From Ignavibacteriota bacterium (GTDB lineage: Bacteria > Bacteroidota > Ignavibacteria > Kapaibacteriales > UBA2268), in the NCBI GenBank assembly GCA_020437395.1, contig JAGQWJ010000007.1, positions 15,523 to 79,522 of the forward strand: DNA of 64,000 bases, written 5' to 3'. Within the stretch, counting starts at the first letter, position 1; every line of letters begins with the position of its first letter. Below, piece after piece: positions 34,744 to 42,953 of the stretch. Under the pieces are notes generated by a model that did no database searches, had not been told where the DNA came from, and saw only the letters and a program-made list of their open reading frames with translations. A program made the translations under genes and the position numbers.

Positions 34744-36354
34744 CTATTTGTTTGGTGTTAATATATTACTATCAACATTATTTGTGCTTGATGGTAATTC
34801 GTTGAAGTTATTATCAATATTTATAGATTGGACTTTTATTTCGCCAAAAGCATCTGGTTGTAAATAATGTCCCTTTTGTTCGGGAGTCTTATCTACTTCA
34901 ACAACTATTCTATTTTTTTCAGCGTAAGGGTCATGACGAATACCTGTGACCATCCAAGAAACTTTTAAATTCGGAATTCCACCTGCGATTTGAAATCTAT
35001 TGTCTTTTACTTCTTGAGCTATATATAAACCTGAACAAGGAGCACCTATTGGTGTGAGTTGATATCGAAAATCCTTATTTAATGCTTGAAACCAGTTTGG
35101 TAATTGAACCCATGCCTCTCCATTATTATCAAGAATTACGATTCCATCATTAATATTTTTCATATCAGGGGATTCCACAAAAGAGTGGTAAAGAATTTTA
35201 TTCTTGGGGTCTAAAGGATGGTCAATCATAAAGGATCCTCCACCTTTAGCAACATTGCCCGAAACAGTTAGATTTCCCGAAACTACAACATTACCTGTAA
35301 ATCTAGCAGCATTACCAGTGCTGTTTGTTGTTACTATCAATGCATCAGAAAAATTAGAAGCGTTTACATTTTCGAATTTACCAGCAGAACCAGTACCTCC
35401 ACTTATCCCAGCTTGACCAAGTACTCCAATACCACCTTTTGTGTTAAAACCACGCACTCCATAACCAGTAGAGTCATTTCTTCCTACAACAGCACCAACT
35501 CCATTTCCACCTCTGTTTCGACCTACAACGGCTTCGCCAAACGTATTATCTCCAATTACTCCAGCAGCAGAGATACTAGAAGTTATTCCCCAAACACCGT
35601 TTCCACCTGCACTAGTTGAGAAAACCCCAGGGCCTACTCCATTATGAGCTACGTCAACACCTCTACCACCATTGCTTGCATTATTCAAATTAACTCTTAC
35701 TCCTGTACCAGTACCATTTGAATTAACTTCTAATATATTATTTGTATTAGAAGGGTTTGTATTACTTATTTTAACTTCATTTTTTGTAATTTCAATTACA
35801 TCATTATTATCTACATTTATTCTACCTTTATTTGGTGAAGTATTATAACTTAATTTCATTTCAGTATTACTAACTTCGCCACCGTTGGGGCCTATGTGAA
35901 CTGTATTTCCTGTTACATATAGTTCATCCCATCTTTTACCATCTGTTCCGACACTTCCTGTTCCACTTATAAGTGGTGTTAGATTACCATCAGGGTCTAA
36001 TACATTACTTTGAGATTGGCTGATTATTTGTTGGTCTAGTCTGTATTGTGCGGCAAGTGAACCGTCAACATATACATCAAGTATATGATAATTTGTAACT
36101 GAACTGGAGGCAATGGCTGTCCACCCTGCACCTGATATGTTAGCTATAATAATACCTGATCCGTTTGGAGTATAATTAGTTGCAGGTTGTGTATATAATA
36201 AGGTCGCAGTGCCACCAGTGTAGTTGTTTAGTCTGATCTCTACACTAACCGGTGCAGAGCCTGTATTGATTATTGCAACTTTGATGGGCTCTAACGCACT
36301 AGCAGTGCTGATAGAAAGCAAAGCTAAAGCAAGAAGTAAAAAGACTTTTTTCAT
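34744..36354 (-). CDS. Secreted tail-fibre-like modular protein, paralog B (536 aa)
   Basis: Same signal peptide and N-module as paralog A. It then has Gly-rich GVxG repeats, a GGGS hinge and a C-terminal domain FMIDHPLDPKNKILYHSFVESPDM...FRYQLTPIG...KVSWMVTGIRHD. Confidence 0.7.
   Translation of the reverse strand: MKKVFLLLALALLSISTASALEPIKVAIINTGSAPVSVEIRLNNYTGGTATLLYTQPATNYTPNGSGIIIANISGAGWTAIASSSVTNYHILDVYVDGSLAAQYRLDQQIISQSQSNVLDPDGNLTPLISGTGSVGTDGKRWDELYVTGNTVHIGPNGGEVSNTEMKLSYNTSPNKGRINVDNNDVIEITKNEVKISNTNPSNTNNILEVNSNGTGTGVRVNLNNASNGGRGVDVAHNGVGPGVFSTSAGGNGVWGITSSISAAGVIGDNTFGEAVVGRNRGGNGVGAVVGRNDSTGYGVRGFNTKGGIGVLGQAGISGGTGSAGKFENVNASNFSDALIVTTNSTGNAARFTGNVVVSGNLTVSGNVAKGGGSFMIDHPLDPKNKILYHSFVESPDMKNINDGIVILDNNGEAWVQLPNWFQALNKDFRYQLTPIGAPCSGLYIAQEVKDNRFQIAGGIPNLKVSWMVTGIRHDPYAEKNRIVVEVDKTPEQKGHYLQPDAFGEIKVQSINIDNNFNELPSSTNNVDSNILTPNK
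36271..36354 (-). repeat. Second copy of the 84-nt identical 5' block
   Basis: Identical to 33701-33784. Confidence 0.9.
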
Positions 36355-36398
36355 GGAATAATTCCTAAATTAATATTTAAAGACAAAACTTTTACAAA

Positions 36399-36406
36399 CA
36401 AAAATA
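36399..36406 (-). promoter_or_regulatory. TATTTTTG -7 promoter motif for fibre paralog B
   Basis: TAnnTTTG match, 45 nt upstream of ATG 36354. This is the same octamer as upstream of paralog A. Confidence 0.35.
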
Positions 36407-36477
36407 CATACAAAAAAAATTATTCTTCAAAATAATTTGTGTAATATTGTATAAAATTATGTTTATTTAGGTTAAAC

Positions 36478-36512
36478 AAAAAAAACCCCACTCAAATAAA
36501 GGAATGGGGGTT
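36478..36512 (-). terminator. Rho-independent terminator after glnN
   Basis: AACCCC-loop-GGGGTT hairpin with a T8 run on the minus strand. Confidence 0.7.
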
Positions 36513-36542
36513 GGTAAAATTACTTATACGTAATGATAGATT

Positions 36543-38729
36543 CTAATGTAAGAAAAGTAGTTCTCTGTATTTAGGTAGTGGCCAATTGCGGTCATCTACT
36601 ATTAACTCGAGTGCGTCTGCTTCTGCTCTTATTTTGTCAAATAAAGGTTTTACGGTATTAGCAAAAGCTATGCCTCTTGCATCCATTTTGTGTTCGTTCT
36701 CTGCTTCTAATCGGACTTTTCTCAATTCATTCAGATATTGATTGAGATTCTTTAATCTTTGAGAAATTTCTCTGATTGAATCTTTTTGTACTTCTGCTTC
36801 TTCTGGCAAACCAATATTTACAAGTCCTTTTACATTGTCTATTAGTCGATTCTGATGCTGAACACAAGCAGGAATTATGTGAGCTTTTGATATTTCTTCC
36901 ACTAATCTGGCCTCAATGTCTATTTTAGCGCAATACTCTTCCATTGCAACATTGTATCTTGCTTGTAGCTCATTTCTACTGAATACTCCGTTTCTTTCAA
37001 ATAAACTTATGGTTTTTTCAGTTAAATATTCATCATAGGCCTCTGGGGTGGTCTTAATGTGAGGTAGGCCTCTTCTTTCAGCTTCTTTCACCCATTCTTC
37101 TGAGTAATTATTACCATTGTAAATTACATCATTAGATTCTTTTAGCACTTGACGAAGTACTTTCTTAATTGCTTGCTCTACATCTGGAGTATTTTTTCTC
37201 TCTTCTTCAACTCTGTTCTTAAATTCAACCAATTGATCTGCAACAATAGTATTCAATACAGTCATAGGATTAGAAACATTAACGCTACTTCCCACAGCAC
37301 GAAATTCGAATCTATTGTCAGTGAATGGAAAAGGGGAAGTTCTGTTTCTATCTGTATCATCTCTGCGAATATTAGCTATCTTTTCTAAATTCAAATCTAG
37401 TATTCCAGTATTCGTGTCGTCATAGCTTTCGTCGTTCATAAACGATTTTAGAACATTTGCTAAATTATCGCCAGTAAAAACTGATATTATAGCAGGCGGT
37501 GCTTCATTTGCACCTAATCTGTAATCGTTACCTGCATTGGATATACTAGCTCTCAGCAATCCAGCATAATTATGAATAGCAGCTATTACGTTAATGAAAA
37601 AAGTTAAGAAACTGAGGTTTTCCAACGGAGCGGAACCAGGCGAAAGCAAATTTTTACCATCGGTTGTAGCTAAAGACCAATTGTTGTGTTTACCAGAGCC
37701 GTTGATACCAGCAAATGGTTTTTCGTGAATTATAGCTCGAAGGTTGTGTCTTTTTGCTACTAAATCAATTATCGACATAAGCAATTGGTTGTGGTCAGCA
37801 GCAATATTGGCTGTTTCAAAGTTCGGAGCACATTCGAATTGATTTGGTGCTACTTCATTGTGTCTAGTCGTAATAGGAATTCCTAACTTCAAACAATCGT
37901 TTTCAAAGTCATGCATAAAATCATATACTCGCTCAGGTATTTGTGCGAAATAATGGTCATCGAGTTGTTGTCCACGAGCTGATGCGTTACCGAATAGAGT
38001 TCTTCCGCAAAGCAGTAGATCAGGTCTTGCGTTGTAGAGAGCTTCATCAACGACGAAATATTCTTGTTCCCACCCAAGAGTAGGTACTATTTTTTTTACA
38101 TTTGGATCAAAATATTTTTCGATTTCTAAGGCAGCTTTTTCTATTGCGTGGATTGATTTGAGTAGTGGAGTTTTTAAGTCAAGGGAATCACCTTCGTAAG
38201 AGATAAAAATGGCAGGGATACATAGAGTTTTCCCGTGCTTGGCCTCCATTATAAAGGCATGGGAACTAGGATCCCAGATTGTGTAACCTCTTGCTCGGTG
38301 TGTTTCTCTTAGTCCACCACTAGGAAAACTCGATCCGTCTGGTTCTTGTTTGATAAGTTCTTTCCCGCTGAATGCCTCAATTGGGTTGCCATGTCTGTCC
38401 AGTTTAAAAAAGGAGTCGTGCTTTTCAGCCGTTCTTCCAGTTAGGGGTTGAAACCAATGTGTGTAGTGAGTAGCCCCGTTATCAATTGCCCAATTCCGCA
38501 TACCTACGGCAACAAAATCTGCCGTTTTAACATTGATTTTTTGTCCATTTTCAACCGCGTCTCTTAGCCCTTCGTAGGCTTCTTTCATTAAATATTTTTT
38601 TATTGATTCGTCGTTGAAAACTAGGCGAGAGTAGTACTCAGAGATTGGCTTGTCTTTAACGTTTCCGCTAAATCGTTTGTCTTGCTTGTTGGGGTTGATA
38701 TTTAGCAGACTTTCGCTTCTTATTGACAT
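36543..38729 (-). CDS. glnN: Glutamine synthetase type III
   Basis: 728 aa, the GSIII length. Motifs include HYTHWFQPLTG, SFPSGGLRETHRARGYTIWDP and NGSGKHNNWS. Confidence 0.92.
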   Translation of the reverse strand: MSIRSESLLNINPNKQDKRFSGNVKDKPISEYYSRLVFNDESIKKYLMKEAYEGLRDAVENGQKINVKTADFVAVGMRNWAIDNGATHYTHWFQPLTGRTAEKHDSFFKLDRHGNPIEAFSGKELIKQEPDGSSFPSGGLRETHRARGYTIWDPSSHAFIMEAKHGKTLCIPAIFISYEGDSLDLKTPLLKSIHAIEKAALEIEKYFDPNVKKIVPTLGWEQEYFVVDEALYNARPDLLLCGRTLFGNASARGQQLDDHYFAQIPERVYDFMHDFENDCLKLGIPITTRHNEVAPNQFECAPNFETANIAADHNQLLMSIIDLVAKRHNLRAIIHEKPFAGINGSGKHNNWSLATTDGKNLLSPGSAPLENLSFLTFFINVIAAIHNYAGLLRASISNAGNDYRLGANEAPPAIISVFTGDNLANVLKSFMNDESYDDTNTGILDLNLEKIANIRRDDTDRNRTSPFPFTDNRFEFRAVGSSVNVSNPMTVLNTIVADQLVEFKNRVEEERKNTPDVEQAIKKVLRQVLKESNDVIYNGNNYSEEWVKEAERRGLPHIKTTPEAYDEYLTEKTISLFERNGVFSRNELQARYNVAMEEYCAKIDIEARLVEEISKAHIIPACVQHQNRLIDNVKGLVNIGLPEEAEVQKDSIREISQRLKNLNQYLNELRKVRLEAENEHKMDARGIAFANTVKPLFDKIRAEADALELIVDDRNWPLPKYRELLFLH

Positions 38730-38861
38730 CGGTTCGCACCTTTTTGGTATTTATTGTTTATAATATTTACAAAAATAATATATAACTACAATAATAAAAA
38801 CAATTTGATTACACAATTGAACTTATATGTTATTCACAATATGTGGAGAAGTTGGCACTAT

Positions 38862-39356
38862 TTAATTCCTAACCCATTTCAATCTTAGTCCTGCGGTTTT
38901 GTCTTCTAGTGGTTCTAAGATTAAAGTATCGCCTATGAATCCGAATTTACGGTGTACAGTTTTGCCCCATTCCCCCGGGTTAGAGTGCGATATTCGTTTG
39001 TGGGTTACTACGCTATCTCCGTAATTAATGGAATACTTCGCAAAGTACACATACGAATTTGTCAGATGTTTCAATGCTTCCAATGATATAGAATCGTCAA
39101 AATCAGGAAAGCGAAGGGCTGTCTTTTCGTAATCTTTAGTCAATAAATGAAGCGACATATTCTCCTTGTCATCGTACAAGATATATCCTTGCATACCGCC
39201 ATTCCAAACTTCCCACTCTTTTGTTTCTGCGTTGTAATTGTCCATCGCAACTAATGACCATAGTCCAGTGAGCTTATGCTCTTGCTTTTCTATTTTAGAC
39301 TCGCAACTAGTGAAGAGCAGTGTGAGAATAATCAGGAAGGCGTATTTCATTTCCAT
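38862..39356 (-). CDS. Lipocalin-like domain lipoprotein
   Basis: Lipobox LFTSC. LTGLWSLVAMD...YFAKYSI pattern of lipocalin-like domains. Confidence 0.6.
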   Translation of the reverse strand: MEMKYAFLIILTLLFTSCESKIEKQEHKLTGLWSLVAMDNYNAETKEWEVWNGGMQGYILYDDKENMSLHLLTKDYEKTALRFPDFDDSISLEALKHLTNSYVYFAKYSINYGDSVVTHKRISHSNPGEWGKTVHRKFGFIGDTLILEPLEDKTAGLRLKWVRN

Positions 39357-39358
39357 AA

Positions 39359-39922
39359 CTACTTTATATCTCTTTCTATTGGTTCATTTAGATATTCTTT
39401 CACCAAAAAATACACATCTACTCTATCTTTGCCAATATATTCAGTTTCATCGGTTATTGTGTTTTTTCGACCAACCAGGTTAATGGCAAGCTCACTACGA
39501 TTAAATATATTTCCTTCAAAGACACCTGTGTAAAAATGAGTTCCTCTTTTGCGAATTATACTATCTTTTAAGTTATTTGTATTTTCAACGAAAAATTTCC
39601 TTTTGAATAAATAAGTGATTGTAGAATCAGTTTCGAAAACTCGTTTTACCATTGGTTTTCCATCGAAGTAAGTCTCATCTTTTTTATTAGTAAAGTCATA
39701 GAAATCGTAAACTTGATTGTCAACTATGATTTGGGGATTTTCTAATCTCGTATAATTATCTAAACCAATTGTATCTCTCATATATAAGATAGCTTCAAAC
39801 AATTCATTCGATTCGTTCTTATATAAAATCGGATAATTTGTACTATCTACTTGAGTTGAAGTTGTCTTGTTGTCTGAACAACCAATTAAAAACAAAACAA
39901 ATAGGATCAATAAAACTTTCAA
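39359..39922 (-). CDS. Hypothetical lipoprotein
   Basis: TTG start and lipobox LIGCSD. No recognisable domain. Confidence 0.55.
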   Translation of the reverse strand: MKVLLILFVLFLIGCSDNKTTSTQVDSTNYPILYKNESNELFEAILYMRDTIGLDNYTRLENPQIIVDNQVYDFYDFTNKKDETYFDGKPMVKRVFETDSTITYLFKRKFFVENTNNLKDSIIRKRGTHFYTGVFEGNIFNRSELAINLVGRKNTITDETEYIGKDRVDVYFLVKEYLNEPIERDIK

Positions 39923-40184
39923 TTTTCATCACCATTTTCTTTAAATAAGCTGAAAGATATGAATAATAGGACAGAAATCAAAATAACCCAAAAATTAAAA
40001 CTGATAATTTTTGTTTCCTAAAGGACATAATTTTGTTTTAACGCCATCTTCTTTACAAACTATATAAACATCGGCAATATATTTACGGACTACCTAATCC
40101 ATATTCATATTATCAGCAGGTTCAATGTTATTGAGGGTGAATTGTCCAATCAACAACCTTATTGTTGCAATTATTATATTTGTG

Positions 40185-40376
40185 CTATTTTTCTTTACTT
40201 ACTTCTTCTTCCATTATCTGTTCTTTTCTCTTGTAAGACCTATACATTAGATACATATAGAGTAGCGTAATTCCCAATGCGGTGTACCATCCCAATTGGA
40301 CGAAATAGAAAAAAAAGAAAAAACACCCTATTGCAATCAATAAGAATATTCCAATATTTTTTATGTTGGTATTCAT
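40185..40376 (-). CDS. Small two-TM membrane protein, translationally coupled to the HD protein
   Basis: 63 aa with two hydrophobic helices. Its ATG overlaps the upstream stop (TAATG). Confidence 0.5.
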   Translation of the reverse strand: MNTNIKNIGIFLLIAIGCFFFFFYFVQLGWYTALGITLLYMYLMYRSYKRKEQIMEEEVSKEK

Positions 40377-41566
40377 TATTTCTCCAAATATTCATCGAAT
40401 AGATGATAGACTGGTACTCCAGCAATAGTTTTGTCGGCATATTTTCGAGTAATACCTCGTGCTGCTTCCTCCAATTCCTTAGAGCGAATACCATAATCAA
40501 TAGAGTTACGTGCTTCTAAAAATGCAGCAAAATCATCGGCTACTTTTAATAAAGTACCGTCATAAGGATTAAATTCATCGCTATTATAACTCTTGTTAAT
40601 CTCATCTTGTTCTACAATTTCACCACTTTTAATTTTCGCACAGAATTCATCTCTTGTGAAGAATTTCATTTCATCAATCCATTCTGATTCTAATTGGGGG
40701 AAAATCTCTTGTTCTGCCAACATTTCTTCAATTCTTTTTATCTCCTCTTGCATACCGGGAACGGAGCGTTTCACGGGTTTGATTATATCGCGAGTAACTA
40801 CTTCAGGTAAATCATGGAATATGCCACCCCAGAAATTGTTGTATATCCGTTTTTCTGCAACATTTGGTATTTCCTTTGTTAAGAAATAAGACAGACATGC
40901 CACAAGCATAGTATGCCCAAGTACCGATGTATTAGGAATACGTGGTAAATGACCCCATCTTACTTGATAGCGTAGTTCTCCTGTCAAGTCAACAAAGTTT
41001 TTAATTTTTTGTTTATTTAGAATATTCTGAATTCCAATCAAATCTCTATATTTTTCAATTTCATTTACTAATTCCTTGTTGATATGATCAATCTTATATC
41101 CTTCGGGATTTGCATTACGCACTATTAGAAATTCATAGTAAGTAGAATAAATATGAGCTGCATTTAATATTTTTTGGCTGTACGGGTGTATATAATTATC
41201 CTCGTTCATATATTGTCTGAACTCTTCTCTGATTTTTTCATTGCTAAATTTATTTTCAACTTCTTTGAAAATCATGAAGTTTAGCTTTTTAACTAAGGTC
41301 TTGTTTTTACTAATCTCTTTGAAAACTGGGGATTGTATATCACTAATTACATTTCGCCTGATTAACTCAAAAATTCCCCCTTTTATTATATCATTCCACA
41401 CAAACTCTTTACCAGCTGCCTCTTCGTATTTTGCAAAACAATAGGCAATCATCATTTTGTGCGAATGTTTATCTATTTGGATTAGGTCAATTGGTCTTAA
41501 TTTATCGTTCCATCTTACAATAGAAAATCCCTTGAAAAGTAAGTCTATTAGTGATTTTTTTATCAT
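40376..41566 (-). CDS. Tandem-HD-domain phosphohydrolase (YfbR-like 5'-nucleotidase fold; N-terminal copy degenerate)
   Basis: The C-terminal half has VRWGHLPRIPNTSVLGHTMLVA...GGIFHDLPEVVTRDIIKPVK. The N-terminal half aligns as VRWNDKLRPIDLIQIDKHSHKMMIA...GGIFELIRRNVISDIQSPVFK, with HD replaced by EL. Confidence 0.7.
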   Translation of the reverse strand: MIKKSLIDLLFKGFSIVRWNDKLRPIDLIQIDKHSHKMMIAYCFAKYEEAAGKEFVWNDIIKGGIFELIRRNVISDIQSPVFKEISKNKTLVKKLNFMIFKEVENKFSNEKIREEFRQYMNEDNYIHPYSQKILNAAHIYSTYYEFLIVRNANPEGYKIDHINKELVNEIEKYRDLIGIQNILNKQKIKNFVDLTGELRYQVRWGHLPRIPNTSVLGHTMLVACLSYFLTKEIPNVAEKRIYNNFWGGIFHDLPEVVTRDIIKPVKRSVPGMQEEIKRIEEMLAEQEIFPQLESEWIDEMKFFTRDEFCAKIKSGEIVEQDEINKSYNSDEFNPYDGTLLKVADDFAAFLEARNSIDYGIRSKELEEAARGITRKYADKTIAGVPVYHLFDEYLEK

Positions 41567-41622
41567 TTCTTAGTTTTGCAAATTTTATTTCAAAAATATT
41601 TAATTTATACCAAACTCTAAAT

Positions 41623-42294
41623 CTAATTGTTAGTTAAATGTTCTACAAAAATATTTTCGCAGAACTTTTTAGAAACAGAGAGCTGTCTGTCGTTGAATTC
41701 TATCAAAGAGGACTCATCAAATTCACGCCTCTCAACTATTTTTATCTTACTACTAAGCTCTAAGCCAATCTTAGTAACATATTTCAAGAACTCAACGGAA
41801 CTGTCCTTTACAGCAATTATCCTGCACTCGTCACCTTCTTCAAGTTCATTTAGAGTTATTTTCGGATTATCCTTATACTCTCCATTTTTATCTGGAATAA
41901 TTGCACCGTGTGGGTCAGTACTCGGATACCCTAAGAATCTATCTAATTCGGTGATTAACTTATCAGATTCGATATGTTCCAACTGCTCAGCAACAATATG
42001 AACTTCATCCCATCCGAAATTCATACATTTATACAAAAAAGTCTCCCAAAGTCTATGCTTTCGTATAAGCTGCAGGGCTACAGTGCTACCGTCTTTTGTT
42101 AATTCTAATTTACCATATTTCTTATAAGACACTAGTCCTTTGGTCTTCAATTTTTTTAGCATACCATTAACAGAAGCAGGCGAAAACCCCAACCTTTCAG
42201 CCAATTGATTGGTACCTGCTTTATCACCATCACTTTCAAAAGTGAGGTTAAAAAGTGCTTTCAGATAGTCTTCTTCGTTTTTTGTCAGTTTCAT
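41623..42294 (-). CDS. DtxR/MntR-family metal-dependent transcriptional repressor with C-terminal FeoA/SH3-like domain
   Basis: N-terminal wHTH (EDYLKALFNL...LAERLGFSPASVNGMLKKL), a dimerisation/metal-binding domain and a FeoA-like tail. Confidence 0.85.
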   Translation of the reverse strand: MKLTKNEEDYLKALFNLTFESDGDKAGTNQLAERLGFSPASVNGMLKKLKTKGLVSYKKYGKLELTKDGSTVALQLIRKHRLWETFLYKCMNFGWDEVHIVAEQLEHIESDKLITELDRFLGYPSTDPHGAIIPDKNGEYKDNPKITLNELEEGDECRIIAVKDSSVEFLKYVTKIGLELSSKIKIVERREFDESSLIEFNDRQLSVSKKFCENIFVEHLTNN

Positions 42295-42437
42295 TTAAGT
42301 TAAAGAAAAATTATAGAATTATTCCCAAATTAAAATAAAAGAAGTTCTATTAAAAATAAATTTGGTAATTAATCAAAGAATTATGAATTTTGTGCCTATC
42401 ATTTTTTCAGAAGATGAAAAAATATAAATAATATGTT

Positions 42438-42512
42438 CGGGGTGTGGCGCAGTCCGGTTAGCGCACTTGGTTTGGGACCAAGGGGCCGCAGGTTCAAATC
42501 CTGCCACCCCGA
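42438..42512 (+). tRNA. tRNA-Pro (anticodon UGG)
   Basis: The cloverleaf was read by eye: acceptor CGGGGTG/CACCCCG, anticodon arm CTTGG-TTTGGGA-CCAAG, T-arm GCAGGTTCAAATCCTGC. CCA is not encoded. Confidence 0.9.
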
Positions 42513-42524
42513 CGAATAGGAAAA

Positions 42525-42556
42525 AGCTCTACTTTTTTAAGTGGAGCTTTTTTTTT
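42525..42556 (+). terminator. Rho-independent terminator after tRNA-Pro
   Basis: AGCTCTAC-ttttttaa-GTGGAGCT followed by T8. Confidence 0.8.
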
Positions 42557-42660
42557 GTATTACAACCCTTTCTTAAGCCGTCGGAGTGAGCCACGCCTTC
42601 AGAGTGGAATTAAACCCTTGAGACGTATAGTTTAGACTGAGAGGCGTCGAAAAGCTTACA

Positions 42661-42702
42661 TCTCGAATCCCCAAACCTACTTTTACAAAGGGGCTTTAGC
42701 GT
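42661..42702. repeat. Intergenic repeat family copy B (TCTCGAATCCCCAAACCTACTTTTACAAAGGGGCTTTAGCGT)
   Basis: It aligns with 17129-17170. An inverted partial copy (GAGACGTAT, 42620-42628) matches ATACGTCTC at 17124-17132. Confidence 0.55.
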
Positions 42703-42707
42703 AAACC

Positions 42708-42790
42708 GTAACTCTGAGAGTAGCGAGGAGTCTGAGGGGTGGTGGATTTATATCTGGATTCCTCACTTTGTTTCGCTCGTTCAGAATGAC
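42708..42790. repeat. Imperfect long inverted repeat (GTAACTCTGAGAGTAGCGAGGAGTC ... GATTCCTCACTTTGTTTCGCTCGTTCAGAATGAC)
   Basis: The arms share TCTGA, GAG, GCGA and GAGGA..TC blocks in reverse complement around a 24-nt spacer. Confidence 0.5.
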
Positions 42791-42901
42791 TGTGTTTTGT
42801 TGTACATTGGGAATGGAGCAAAGAGACTTTTGCAATATTATAGTAAGGTGACTTTAATATGATGCCCTCAATTATTACACTTGAGGATGCAGAAATTTAA
42901 C

Positions 42902-42928
42902 AAAAAAGCCCTATCGAAGACAGGGCTT
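42902..42928 (-). terminator. Rho-independent terminator after the POT transporter
   Basis: AAGCCCT-N9-AGGGCTT with T6 on the minus strand. Confidence 0.8.
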
Positions 42929-42953
42929 GTAATTAATCTAGTATGGATTAGAA

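Noticed and set aside
30302-36354. A prophage or tailocin remnant as the explanation for the tail-fibre-like genes.
   Set aside because: The window contains no capsid, portal, terminase, sheath, baseplate, lysis or integrase genes and no flanking direct repeats. All the fibre-like proteins carry Sec signal peptides, which virion proteins lack. This cannot be fully excluded without the rest of the genome.
38730-38861. TTGT-N11-ACAA dyad upstream of glnN as a possible NtcA/CRP-family nitrogen operator.
   Set aside because: The spacing is one base off the TGT-N10-ACA geometry of NtcA/CRP sites, and the element is almost pure A/T in an AT-rich promoter. The signal is not distinguishable from background.
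39975-40080. A short in-frame peptide on the minus strand (..VVRKYIADVYIVCKEDGVKTKLCPLGNKNYQF) that looks like the tail of a real protein.
   Set aside because: A stop codon lies immediately upstream and there is no start codon. At only about 32 codons it is at best a gene remnant, which cannot be supported without a database search.
40240-40500. An 86-aa minus-strand ORF overlapping the end of the HD gene and the small membrane protein gene.
   Set aside because: It is out of frame with two better-supported genes and has no motif. It is most likely an AT-rich chance ORF.
42513-42953. A known housekeeping RNA (tmRNA, RNase P RNA, SRP RNA or 6S) in the large ORF-free gap.
   Set aside because: No hallmark motifs were found on either strand: no tRNA-like GGGGCUGAU 5' end with a tag ORF, no GAGGAAAGUCC P4 element, no SRP domain IV GGAA/AGCA loops. 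An Infernal scan is still needed.
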